Origin: Octopus sinensis
Taxonomy: Eukaryota
Reading direction: 5' to 3'
Assembly (NCBI RefSeq): GCF_006345805.1
Contig: NC_043003.1
Location: 80,228,001 to 80,292,000, forward strand
Length of the DNA: 64,000 bases
Shown here: positions 1 through 12,873 of the stretch, in pieces
How positions within the stretch are numbered: the first letter of the stretch is position 1
Layout of the letters: each line of letters begins with the position of its first letter
Translations under genes and position numbers: made by a program
The notes under the pieces: model-generated
Told to the model about the DNA's origin: nothing
The model's input: the letters and a program-made list of their open reading frames with translations, nothing else
Database searches by the model: none

Positions 1-1743
1 TACCATATTTATTGTCATCGCAAATACCATGTTAATTCGTTTAGTTACAATCATATAGAGCCAGCATATTCTTTCACTATATCATATTTTGCTGCTTTGA
101 AAATTTCATGTGAGCAATCTAATTTCCTCGTAACATTTTGCTACCTTTAGATGGCTTGATATTCTCTATGGGATTCAAGTAAGCCCTCTAATCAGACCAG
201 CGTTTAATCTCTGTGATGCCAAAGCAATCTCATCACATAAAGTTTTAAGGCAGTAATTGTGTTTTAACACGACTCTTGCCAATAGAAATACACCCATATT
301 ATGATGCTGTACTCATCAGTGCATTGCAGTTTTTGAAATACATTTAAAATAAAATCTCTCACTAGATCTCTGAAGGTGGTAACAATGTGTAGTTTCACCA
401 CAAAACCGAGACCTTCACTTACCTCTCTAGTATTTCTAAAATTATCCAGTTCACAGTTTTCTTCCCGGACCATGAATTACAACTTAATCTTAATATTTTC
501 TTGTATAATAAGATTCGTAGAACACATTTTCGAAGCAAAACCAGCATCGTTAAACCTCCTTCTATAGTTTTTGTGGTCTCATCTTGCTTTCAGCAATTCT
601 AAAACCTCTTTGCAATTGATGTTGGCTGCCGTTTCTTCCTTAAGACTAAAATTTCTGTTCCTGTAAATTTTGCTTGTAGTAGTTCTTGAGTGAACAGCCC
701 CTTTCATTTTTGTTATTGTAAAACTTTCCTAGAAGTGAGATTTCCATTCACAGTAAGCAGTGAAATACAAATTTTGCTTGTTATTTTAGTAGCTCGCGGA
801 TTTTTAAATATGTTGTGCCTAATTCGCAATGAATAGCAATTTATTTTGAATATTCCAATTCGCATGGAATTTCTTTTTATTTGAAAGAATATAAGCGCAC
901 ACGCACACCCACATACAAACACACACACACGCAGAAAGATCCACGCACAAATATATACCACTAGCTTTCCAGGAGTAATTAGAAGTATTTGCACACGATG
1001 TGTTATTTGAAGATTAAAATACTTCTACATGTTTATGTAAAAGAAGTACCCTTCTAGATGTAATTTCAACATCTAGAATTCAAACTTTTTTTTATTATAA
1101 ACAACAATTAATAACAAGTCTATCAATCTTTTTCTATATGTACAATATTAGTATCTCTGTCATACTTGAGATGATAGTCCTTAAATCTATATTCTTGGAT
1201 GAGGTGAGAGAGGTTACAGATAAAGTAAAAAAAAATAAGTTTCTTCTCTGCGTAAAATCGCTATACAAATTCCCAAAGGACCCTCACATTTTCAAAAGTG
1301 CTACAACGAGCGCTGGAACAAATAACTTGTGGCAATTGCATTATATACTTTAATGCGCAAAAAGTACAATATCATGTTTGGATTATTGATTTATAAATAG
1401 CTGGCTGCTCACACACATGCAATCATTCATCGATTCATTCGTCATAAAGATTGTATATATATGTGTGTTTATGTTTCCCTGTGCTCTTTTTTCTGTATTT
1501 TTTTCTCTCCTTGCTTACCGTTTCTTTCAAAAGACGAGTGGATACACGAAATGTAAAATACATTTCCTTCCTTTTTAGCATTTCCCTAACATCAACCGAA
1601 TAAACCTTGTATTTACTTTTTCTCATCTCCTCTTGACACTATACTTTTTGCACCATATATACATACACACACACACACATATGCATACATATATATATAT
1701 ATATATGTGTGTATATACATGTATGTATGTAACTATATATATA

Positions 1744-1816
<73 letters not shown>

Positions 1817-3313
1817 TGAATGAATGAATGAATGAATGAATGAATGAATGTACGTATATATGTATGAGTGTCCGTGTATGTATGTAAAATGGCTATATAT
1901 TGCTCAAGCCCATTAAAACGCCGGAAAAATATTTTGGGCATTTTAATTGCAAATTTTAAGATGCTGTATTTCGTGTTTCCAGAATCACTAAATTCCCCTC
2001 GCCTACAAAAATAATGAATTGATTCTCCAAGCACTAGAGCAGATCCTCAGTTAATGGAAATCTCTAGTCAACAAAGTGTAAGGCAAAAGGCTATTTATTT
2101 GCGATAGTATCTGGATAAAAATATGTTAGTAACACACACAGAAACATACTCACACTCACACATACACGTGCACATACGCATACTCATACAGACATACATA
2201 TGCGCATTTACAATTCCCACACGCCTCTGAGTTGTCTGCCAACAGTAAAATACATTCAATCACGGATGTATCGAGAGGTACTATGGACTTAAACACATAT
2301 AAGATGAATTTGTCACATTTAAAGTGTGTGATATTTAAAGAGATTCCCATGAGAACAATTACATTCTTCATAAGTAAATCTCTTGAACAATGTTGTATTT
2401 ATGAACTACGCAGTGTACGTTACATTTCTCAACTAATATGTCGCATTATCTGACGTGATGTTTTCACCTTTCCAAATACTTCAGTGATAAAAAATATAGT
2501 TTATAAAAAAATATAATCGGCAATAAATATAAAAATATATTTTATTCGCTATTAAATTCTGAATAATTTAGTCATTTCTTTTAACATTACAATCTTGAAA
2601 TTCTTTTCTTCTTTTGTTCTGTTTTATCTGAAAAGCAGGTTCCCCATCTTTGATGACCTAAAGTGGCCTCTTACGAAAGGTTAATCATTTTAGATAACTT
2701 TGTCATAAATTACGAACATTTTCCGTTACTAAATGAAAACTGTTATCTATGGTTTTATTCTACAATGATTTATGAATGCAAAAGAAAAAAGAAAATTCAT
2801 TTTATTCTAATCGATTCAAATATTTCGCTTACATAAAGAGCTTTACAACTAACTCAGATGAAAAAGTACCGCTTTTTCGACAAAATATTTCATAGACAAT
2901 ATACTATAACTGATAACGTACTGTGTCCACATAAATATATTTACCTTAGGGATCCTAGTTCCTGTTATAATTATCTGGGGTTCTGGTTTATCATATCATT
3001 TCCAGAAAAAAATTACTTTTCTATTATGAATCGTCCTCATTGACACGTGTATGAAATTTATGTTTTGAACGACAGTATTAATCTTTCTAATCCCATATGG
3101 ATGTATCTATTATTTAGATTAATTAAATTTATTGACTATTACATTAGATTGCATTATTTTCTGAAAGTTGTCGTTATAGGTACAAAGCATTTAGGGGCTG
3201 AATACCGAAATTATAATTTTTCCCTTTAGCTCGGGGTCAGTACAGCAAAAATATCGAATCTCCACATAGTAAATACTACTACTACTACTACTACTACTAC
3301 AACAACAACAACA

Positions 3314-3368
<55 letters not shown>

Positions 3369-3369
3369 T

Positions 3370-3599
3370 ATTGTTTATGGATTGTTTATGGAAGACCAGC
3401 AGTCGCCCATGCATAGCGGCCTCCCCACTCCACGCCACCAGTGTTATCCTAGGGAAAGGCAAAGGCCGATACAGCTTGGCACCTGTGACGTCACAAACTC
3501 ATTTCTACAGCTGAGTGAACTGGAGCAACGTGAAATAAAGTGTCTTGCTCAAGAACACAACACGCAGCCCGACGCTCTAACCACTGAACCATGCGCCTT

Positions 3600-3602
<3 letters not shown>
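3370..3602 (-). mobile_element. tRNA-derived SINE, family 1 (internally deleted), between (TAC)n tracts
   Basis: Contains the body motif ctggagcaacgtgaaataaagtgtcttgctcaagaacacaac shared with the copies at 5.2 kb and 11.1 kb; degenerate tRNA-like head at the right end. Confidence 0.8.
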
Positions 3603-3649
<47 letters not shown>

Positions 3650-3661
3650 TACTACTACTAC

Positions 3662-3693
<32 letters not shown>

Positions 3694-4955
3694 TAATAAT
3701 AATAAGTATAATAATAGCTATAATAATAATAATTACTATGATAATAATAATAGGCGAAAAATACTGATAATAATAACGGTATAACTACCACCAACAACAA
3801 TAATATCCAATTCAATAATTTTGCCTTTAATATCTGGTGATTTACATTCTGGTAACTAAAAGAAGGAGCATTTTGATGAAGTATATTCAAAAAGCATTAA
3901 GTGTGTAAAGCTATGTCTTACAATAAATGTGATCGGCAGAAGAATTCTCGTTATTCACAGCGATCATTAATCAAATGCTTTACGGTACCATACATTTATA
4001 TATAAATCTTTGCTCCTTGCTTCTCCGTTGTTGATCTATGATTGGATCTGAGCATGTTTAAATTCGAAATAGATTTTCATTAACTAGGCACATTCCTTCA
4101 GGTGCTGCATGCTATATATTCTCTCAACTGAATTTACGTTTAATTATCATTAATTCCTTGTTAGTATATTGTCAGTCTTTTCCATAGTAACAAACCTATT
4201 TGTCCGATGCAGTTTTCTAAATCTTTCAACACAAACAATATATAGTGGGATTTGCATGAAAATTTTACTCTTAATTTAAAGATACATGTGAGTGAGTGTG
4301 CCTTTATGCATAAGGTTTTCCTTGTTAGGAAGGATCCACAAAAGTGTTTTTAATTTAGCGAGTAATCCGTATAAGTTGAAGGGCTGTTATAGCATGGCCA
4401 GCACGCTATACACGCATACATCATACATACATCATTCCATCCATCCATCCATCCATCCATACATACATACATACATACATACATACATTCATTCACACAC
4501 TTACACGCACAAATAAATATGTATATATGTATATATATATATCTATTATATAACATCCGTCCTGTCTGTCTGTGTGTGTGTCTTCTACGATCTCGGGCAT
4601 CCTCCATCCTATTGCACTAAAATTCAAAATGTAGATACCGACGGTATGAGGGCGAGTATAAATCTTGAAAAAATTACAAAAATCTACTCCAGGTGAAAAT
4701 ACGATTGATAAACCGTATTTTTCCTGCTTCTCTTCCGTCAACCTGTACATAACTGCACTTTCCATTTTTGTTGTTTTCATACTGCGTGAAGGCACGTTTC
4801 TTTCCTGCCAAGCTTACTGTTTAAACCATGCTTGTGTTCTCCCAGTCAACAGCCTTATCATTACTGGTACTTTAAACTCTTCTGTTGCATATTTAGACGG
4901 GGGGCGTTTTGCTCGTATATATATATATTTGCTCGTATATATATATATTGATATA

Positions 4956-4987
<32 letters not shown>

Positions 4988-5124
4988 CATATATATAAAT
5001 ACACATAGATTTCTATGTATACGTAAATATGAACGTACAAACATACATATATATATGTATGCATGTATATGTAATACACATATCAATATTTATATAATAT
5101 CATAAAAGAAAAAGATCATATAGA

Positions 5125-5343
5125 TTCATAGGGCCGGTTTCCCGGTTTCCATGTCGTATATATTCTCCAGCTGTGCAGGGCGGCGTTCCGTCACAGATTT
5201 ACCCATTTTTGCCAGCTGAGTGGACCGGTGGAATGGGAAATGGAGTGTTTTGCGCAAGAACACAACGCGTCACCTGGTCGAGGAATCTAAACCACAATCT
5301 TACGGCCATGAGTCCAGTACCCTAAACACTAAGTCACGCGCCT
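5125..5343 (-). mobile_element. tRNA-derived SINE, family 1 (diverged)
   Basis: tttttgccagctgagtggac...gtgttttgcgcaagaacacaacgcgtc...ccctaaacactaagtcacgcgcc matches 11070-11214. Confidence 0.75.
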
Positions 5344-5374
5344 ATAGTAATTTTATCTCACAATATTATAAAAC

Positions 5375-5590
5375 TGTGGTGGCGATGTGACAAAATCATT
5401 AGCACACTGGACAAAGTGTTTAGCGACATTTCGTCTGTCTTCATGTTCCGAGTTCAAATTCTACCAAGTTCGACTTTACCTTTTATTCTTCCGATGTTGA
5501 TAAAATAATTATCAGTTGCGCACTGGGATCGATGTAATGGACTAACCCACTATCTCGGTATTGCTGGCATTGTACCAAAGTTTGAAACCG
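5375..5590 (+). mobile_element. tRNA-derived SINE, family 2 (diverged)
   Basis: cattagcacactggacaaagtgtttagcgacatttcgtctgtcttcatgttccgagttcaaattc matches the family seen at 32.4-33.1, 37.5-38.1, 41.3 and 54.6 kb. Confidence 0.75.
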
Positions 5591-7477
5591 ATGCTATATA
5601 AATAATATATAATCAAATTTCTATTACATAATATATGAGTGTCAGCTCTTTTCGTAAAAGAATTATGGGCAATCAACCAAACACATACACACGCTTATAT
5701 AACGTATATTTCTATATACACACCTATATAAGTGTGTGCGTGTTGTGTCCATGTGTGCATGTACTAATTTGTTTCTTTGTGTGTGTATTTTTATGTGCGT
5801 GTGTGTGATGCATTATGGCTGAAATTTTTAGCAAGTTTTCAACATAACGATGAGGTGCCGTGTGTCCAATCGCAAAGCCTGCCATATTTGATAAATGTAA
5901 GTTTCTATAGTCGCTCACGACTCATCGTTTGAGTAAAAGCGGGTAGTTTTACCCGTTATTAAAATGTTCATGCTACAGGATTGTGGAGCAGTGGGTGAAT
6001 CTGATAATGCTCAAGGATTATGAAAAAGGCCATACACGTCTGAGGAACGCTCGACCACACACACACACATACAAACACACACACACATAAAGACTTACGT
6101 TTTACAGATGCTTAAATGTATATACTTATTCATTTACACACCAGCGAATGCTATATATCTTTATATCAGTTTATAAGCAGGCAGAGTGACAGAGATTGGT
6201 TTTGTTGTCTAATTACATCCAATACATTCTAAGTTCAAGTCCTGTCAGCTTAACGGTGCCCTTCGTTTTTCCAGAGTCTATGATTACTCTTCACCCACAT
6301 TAAATTTGTAATCTTTTTACTTCTTTTACAAAACCTATACACACAGATACCCTCTGAATGATATATATTTTATTGCGTGTGTTATCACTTTCTAATATCT
6401 TCTGAAGTAGTTTGTATTTTCATGCCTTAATATCATCTCTACAACTGTTTTGACGTTAGGTCGATATATATATTTATATAGAATGTTAATATTTTGTTGG
6501 AATTATAAAGGGACCTCGTGAACATTATCAGCATTGTTATCGCATCCGACAACAGTTTATTCACTTAAAATTTTCGAAATTTTCTACTTTATAATTTTAA
6601 TGTCACTTTAATTTTATCTGATGCATTATTTCGAATTTGGATATCACCTCAGGTTAAGTATGATTAAGAAGATGAAAGTCCACAAGAAGTAATGAAATAA
6701 AATGCAAATAAAATTTACAAAAGCATAAAGATATTGGGGTATTTTGCAAAGTTTGTGTTCAAGATAATATTCTCTATATTGGTAATGAAATGAAATGAGG
6801 GATTTTTGCATTATGAAATACAAATACAGAATAAAATATTGTAATATTTAGAAACAAAATATTTTAATTTGATTGAATTGAAATTGTCAAGATTGAAAAG
6901 AGTTACTGTGACCACATGAAAAGGAATACATGAAACGACAAGAAATGAACAGGCCGAGTTGTTGCTGAACCCTGTGCTGGGTCTATCAGCGTCGTATTAG
7001 ATAAGAAGGTAATAAATTTAGTTTTTGATATCTCCTGACAACAAGTTGACACTCGACCTATAAAGAACATGTTTCATCCAAATATTTTCCCACTTTCGAA
7101 GTCTGTATTTGTTATTTCGATTCCGTTTCAAAATATTCTATATAATGGGCTTTAACAGAAATGCAAATTTTCTCTTGTTGCCACATCACAAACATGTTTC
7201 CTATTTTATAAATATTCTGATGAATAATTTTGTCGGAACAGAAGAGAAGAGAAGAGTGTATTCGATATAAAAATAGGGAGTCAATTCTATAAATTTAAAT
7301 TTTTGTAACTGAGCTTTATGCCAATCTTCAAACAAAACTTTAGAAATAAATGGAAAGTTCCAATAAAAATATTCTGATATCGATAATAAATAAAACAAGA
7401 AGCAGCTTTTGGATGGTTCTGTGAAAATAAAATAAGATATATAAATCATTCAACTCGAAGCATATGTATATATATAT

Positions 7478-7515
<38 letters not shown>

Positions 7516-8008
7516 CGACAAAGGAGATGACTAAAAAAAATTTATGATAAAATTCATTACAAGCATATAGTCGTATACTTTGTCCACACATTTGGTAATT
7601 ATCTTTTTAAGACATATACGAATGTCTGATACAAAAGGTAAATTCAATCACTTTAAGCGCAGTGATATTTAATCTGGGAAAATGTTGCAAGTCATTACGT
7701 AGACGAGTATACATAGAATACTCAAGTAAACGAATCGTAATACGTTCTATAATTCGCTGTTAAAGTCAAAATGACACAGAATGAAGACAAACAATGAACA
7801 TTGTGTTGTGTAAAGTGCAAGTATTACAAAAATATATTCCATCGTATTGACGTTGGAGAGTATGCACAGATTTGTATATATGTTGATAGAAAAACAAAAC
7901 CCTTCGATATCTTTTGATATTTCCAGTTGAATTCGCCATTCTTCCTTTTATTTTAGTTTTCTTCTAGCATGATTATATATATACCTACATGTGTGCGTGT
8001 GTGTGTGT

Positions 8009-8066
<58 letters not shown>

Positions 8067-10057
8067 GAAGGAGAGAGAGAAAGAGAGAGAGAGAGAGAGG
8101 GAGTATACATAGATTAACATCACTATTTGGATTCTGTGTTTTAATATCGTTTTTATAGTTGAAAAGTAATATACCTCGAGGCAGTTATAGAACTATGTAG
8201 ATGCTTACAGATATGTTCTGTTTAATCTCGGTTATTATTTTGCACTGATGCTGCAGCAAAGACAGAAAAAAAATCAAAGAGTTCACAGAACAGAAAAGAC
8301 TTTCTAAAACACAACTTGTGTTTGTATATTTGAAAACATATATGTATGAAATAGTTTTAACATGCTTTCATACTGAATCTATGCTAAATATTATAAATTA
8401 TCCTTCTTTCTCCCAACGCGTTAACGAAATTTTTTGTGAAGTTTACACTGTTTGTTCTGTCATGTTGTGAATATCTCCATATATGGTATGCAACATACTG
8501 TTATGTACCCAAGACCACAGAAGTGAAAGGAATGAATAAATAAATGAATACCCTTATATATTATCGGAAGCTACTCAAATCACTATGCTGATATAGTTAA
8601 GAAATACTTAATACTTTGGTACATATCAGTAGATGTAAAATTCTTTATCTGGTTTTATTGGGTAGTTGATAACGATAAAGTCACCGCAGAACCGTATTAG
8701 CCTTACTTCTGCTTAAGTAACTTACTCGCAACAAAAGAAGAAAACAAAAAAAAAGAAACAAAAAAAGCAGGGACAATCCAATTATATTTTAAAAACGTTT
8801 ATTTGAATCTGACATTAGCGTTGGAAGATTACTTTGCCCTAATGGGAATTAATTTGTAAGCGAGAACGTTACAAACACCATTACGTGACAGTTTTGCAAT
8901 TTCTCTATTCCATTACTGTATGATACAAGAAATCATGCTCATTTCAGCTACAGCCGCTTTTGAACAAAAGGAATCCAAATCAATGTGCCTATGCTGTTAG
9001 ATTCATTATCTTATTCTAAAGGATCTTGTGTTTTACTATTGTCAACTCATCTGTCTTTTTTTAGATGGTTTCAAGTGATAGCGTAATACTACTGCTACAA
9101 CAGTTGTTGCCTTTCTGTAGGCATATCGAACTTTTGCCATAGTTTATTATAGTTTATTATTGCTGTCATTGCTTTCCGGTAAATTTGATTTCATAGTTCA
9201 ATTCGTTGACGCTGTAAGGCCTCTAGGAAAAGTTCAAAATTCACGTTTCCTTATTTTCTTTCTCATTTCCCTAATTTATATATTCTAGAATTGACTGCAG
9301 CAAAGTTAGTTTGTCAGAGAGAGAAAATTACACCTACACTGTCGCCGAAGATATAACAGCTAAATCGTTCCCAAAGAAAACTTTATCAACTTAAAAAGGA
9401 AGGACACATTGCATAATCTAGTCAAAAGTATTGTTAAAGTGCCAATATGGTCATAGCTTTAACGCCTTTGATCACAAAACAACTCAATCGAAGTTGACCT
9501 GCGGCTAAATAATAATAGCACTATTAATATAACAGCTTACGTTGGAATAATATATAAATATACCGGGGAATATAGCATTAATATTCTAATTAAATTATCT
9601 GTGTCTTTGATATGTACATGAAAGAAGTATAAACAACATTCATTGTCGAAAATCTCTTAGAAAAACTTTGATGTAATTACATGGACTTATTTTTAATTAA
9701 ATCTCATTCACATCATTTACGCATTTAATACTCTTGGGAAAGGAATGAACGCCACAATATCTGATCCTGATTAGCGTTAGATCTGCAGGTTGTGCTTAGT
9801 CGAAAAGAAAACTTTATTTGCACATAGTTGAAAATAGGATATTGAAATTAGATAAGGAGGAAAACTGTATGCAGTCAGCAATGATACTAAAAATAAGAAA
9901 CGCTTCTACCTAAAATCAGAGTCTTTGATCTTAAGTAAAGAGACACACCGAGGGAATTGTGGTTTGTGGTAGGCCAAACTTAAGATAATCACCACTAGAA
10001 TGCCATTGATGGCATATATCCATATACATGTATTATTTACATGTATATTCAGAAATA

Positions 10058-10101
<44 letters not shown>

Positions 10102-10564
10102 CTACTGCATAGATAAATATATGCATCTATATAAGCATACATAGCTGTATATATACATATAGATAAAATCCACTCAAATGAAACGAGCAAGGAAAAGCTA
10201 CAAAAGAAACACAAATATTACCATGAAACTGAACCTCTCATTACGCTACGGTAGTCGTTTAATCATCAGATTTAAATTACGTATGGCTCCTTTATGTTTC
10301 TCATATTTATCTTATTTCGTTTTCTTTTCTTTGACAAAGGGTATAACACGAAACAGATTACATTATATATTTTTAAATTTTAATCCTTATTTTCAATTAA
10401 CACATATATCTGTTGTTCTCATTTGGCTTCTTACTTCCGTTGGTTTTTCACAGAAGTGTGATTTCGTGCAGTATTTGCATCTTTGCCTTCTTGACTCATA
10501 AAGTTGCACATTATAATTGAGCGATTATATTTACATATATCTTTACAGCTCAGATGTATGAAGC

Positions 10565-10800
10565 GATACTACTTCGCAGAATGAACAGACACGCATATAC
10601 TTAATGTAGTTACGCGAGAGATTCAGCGTGGTAGAATGTCACAAAGCTCGCTCTTCTCAATTTATGTGCCACTCATTTTAGCTACCTGAGTGCAGCAAAG
10701 TGAAATAAATTGACCATCTTAAGAACACAAAGCGCGATCTGGAATTTAATCACGACCTTATGATCGCGTGCCGAATACCCTACCCACTACATAAACGCTT
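10565..10800 (-). mobile_element. Degenerate SINE family 1 copy
   Basis: cttaatgtagttacgcgagagattcagcgtg...gcaaagtgaaataaattgaccatcttaagaacacaaagcgcg is similar to 10990-11214. Confidence 0.6.
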
Positions 10801-10889
10801 TGAGTAGAACAAGAACGCATAGATGATGTCTAATATGTGCATATGTGTGTGTGCATACTTGTGTGTGTATGTGTATTAAAAAGACTTTA

Positions 10890-11214
10890 GACTCCGCCGG
10901 TTACGACGACGAGGATCCCAGCTGATACGATCAACGGAACAGCTTGCTCGTGAAATTAACGTGCAAATGGCTGAGCATTCCACAGACACGTGTACCCTTA
11001 ACGTAGTTCGCAAGGAGATTCAACGTGACACAGAGTGTGACATGGTTGGCCCTTTTTTTGAAATACAGGTACTACTCATTTTTGCCAGTTGGGTGGACTG
11101 GAGCAACGTGAAATAAAGTGTCTTGCTCAAGGACACAACGCGTCGCCGGGAATCGAACTCACAACCTTACGATCATGAGCCGAATGCCCTAACCACTAAT
11201 CCACGCGCCCTCAC
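10890..11214 (-). mobile_element. tRNA-derived SINE, family 1, near full length
   Basis: Minus strand begins gtgagggcgcgtggattagtggttagggcattcggctcatgatcgtaaggttgtgagttcgattccc, with A-box-like TGGATTAGTGG and B-box GTTCGATTCC, followed by a non-tRNA body. Confidence 0.85.
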
Positions 11215-11251
11215 TGTATGTGTATACACACATATGCATACACACACATAC

Positions 11252-11545
11252 GTGGGGTTTAGTGGTTAGGGTATTGCGCTCCCGATTGTAAGGTCGTGAG
11301 TTCAAGTTCAATTGATGCGCGGTGTCCTTCAGCAAGACACTTTATTTCACGTTGATCTGATCCGCTCAGTTGGCAAATATGAGTAGTACCTGGATTTCAA
11401 AGGTCCAGCTTTGTCACACAGTATCACGCTGAATCTCCCTCAGAACTACGTTAAGGGTACACGTGTCTGTGGAGTGTTCAATAACATGCACGTTAATCGG
11501 ATCAGCTGGAACGTTCGTCGTTGTTACAGACGGAGTACCAGTGCA
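11252..11545 (+). mobile_element. tRNA-derived SINE, family 1, inverted relative to 10890-11214
   Basis: gtggggtttagtggttagggtattgcgctcccgattgtaaggtcgtgagttcaag...agcaagacactttatttcacgttg...gttaagggtacacgtgtctgtggag. Confidence 0.8.
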
Positions 11546-12199
11546 GTATACAATGATGGAAGACTGACCTATAATATTCGGAGTTTTCCGGAAAAGCATG
11601 TAAATAAAGATATCCAATTACCAATCGGTAATTGGATATGCTGCGATCCATAGTTTTGTTTTCCTGTCATGGTTTACCCAATTCACTCAGCAGATAATGA
11701 TTGGTGGTACAATCATTGATTACTGATCGGTAATCGGATAACTTTATAGTCTTAGCTTATCGGGAAACTCACATACTAAATGAGCAAGCATACAACTTCT
11801 AACAGCTTTGTCACACTGTATCACGCTGAATCTCCCTCAGAACTACGTTAAGGGTACACGTGTCTGTGGAGTGTTCAATAACATGCACGTTAATCGGATC
11901 AGCTGGAACGTTCGTCGTTGTTACAGACGGAGTACCAGTGCAGTATACAATGATGGAAGACTGACCTATAATATTCGGAGTTTTCCGGAAAAGCATGTAA
12001 ATAAAGATATCCAATTACCAATCGGTAATTGGATATGCTGCGATCCATAGTTTTGTTTTCCTGTCATGGTTTACCCAATTCACTCAGCAGATAATGATTG
12101 GTGGTACAATCATTGATTACTGATCGGTAATCGGATAACTTTATAGTCTTAGCTTATCGGGAAACTCACATACTATATGAGCAAGCATACAACTTCTAA
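11406..12199. repeat. Direct tandem duplication, 2 x 397 bp
   Basis: cagctttgtcacac starts at 11406 and 11803; ORF-track entries repeat with offset 397; only two substitutions seen by eye. Confidence 0.95.
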
Positions 12200-12787
12200 C
12201 ACTTTTAAATGTGCTCAGCGACGATAGAACACATGTATTTACATCGACAGTACTATTAACATCAAGGGCCTTCAGTTCTAGTGCCATATACCCCAAAATC
12301 ATGTATTGCGTAGTCTGAAACTTTGCCGCGCATTTTACATTGCTGCAGCAGGCAATGTATAACGTTTCCCATCCCAATCAATCAGCACCCACTTGAACGC
12401 AATGGATGGACCATTCTAGTAGTCTTTTATCAGAATGTAGTGTATTGGCACATCAAGAATCCACAATAAAAGAGGAGTAACACAGATTCATATTCAAATA
12501 TGGAACCATACTGCCGACGGCAGTAAATGACCGTTTCTTCCGTATATTGCCACAGCGAAAAATACAATAACATAGGAGTCGTACTTCAGATCAACCCTTA
12601 TTAAATTATTTCTCTACGTCACCCATTTCTTATTTTTCCTCTTTACTTCTTTAACCTCATTTTCTCCCCAACTAATTCCTGTCTATTATTGCCCTTCAAA
12701 TTGTGTTGCGTTCCCCATTGATTTCAACCTGTCACTCAATGCAGATGTAACACAATAACCACACAAACACACACATACACACACGCA

Positions 12788-12850
<63 letters not shown>

Positions 12851-12873
12851 ATATATATATATATATATTCTTA

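Noticed and set aside
170-720. Possible transposase or host exon relic (ORFs 264-473, 376-567)
   Set aside because: No recognisable motif in any frame and several stops; the CTGATGA at ~312-318 (minus) has no downstream GAAA or stems.
4493-5105. ORFs of 100-146 aa as a host exon
   Set aside because: No recognisable domain; partly microsatellite-derived; splice sites cannot be supported.
7217-7260. CTGATGA as a hammerhead core
   Set aside because: No stem II, GAAA/stem III or stem I complement nearby.
11140-11320. tRNA genes
   Set aside because: The tRNA-like heads run into SINE bodies and do not complete a cloverleaf; many diverged copies occur in the window.
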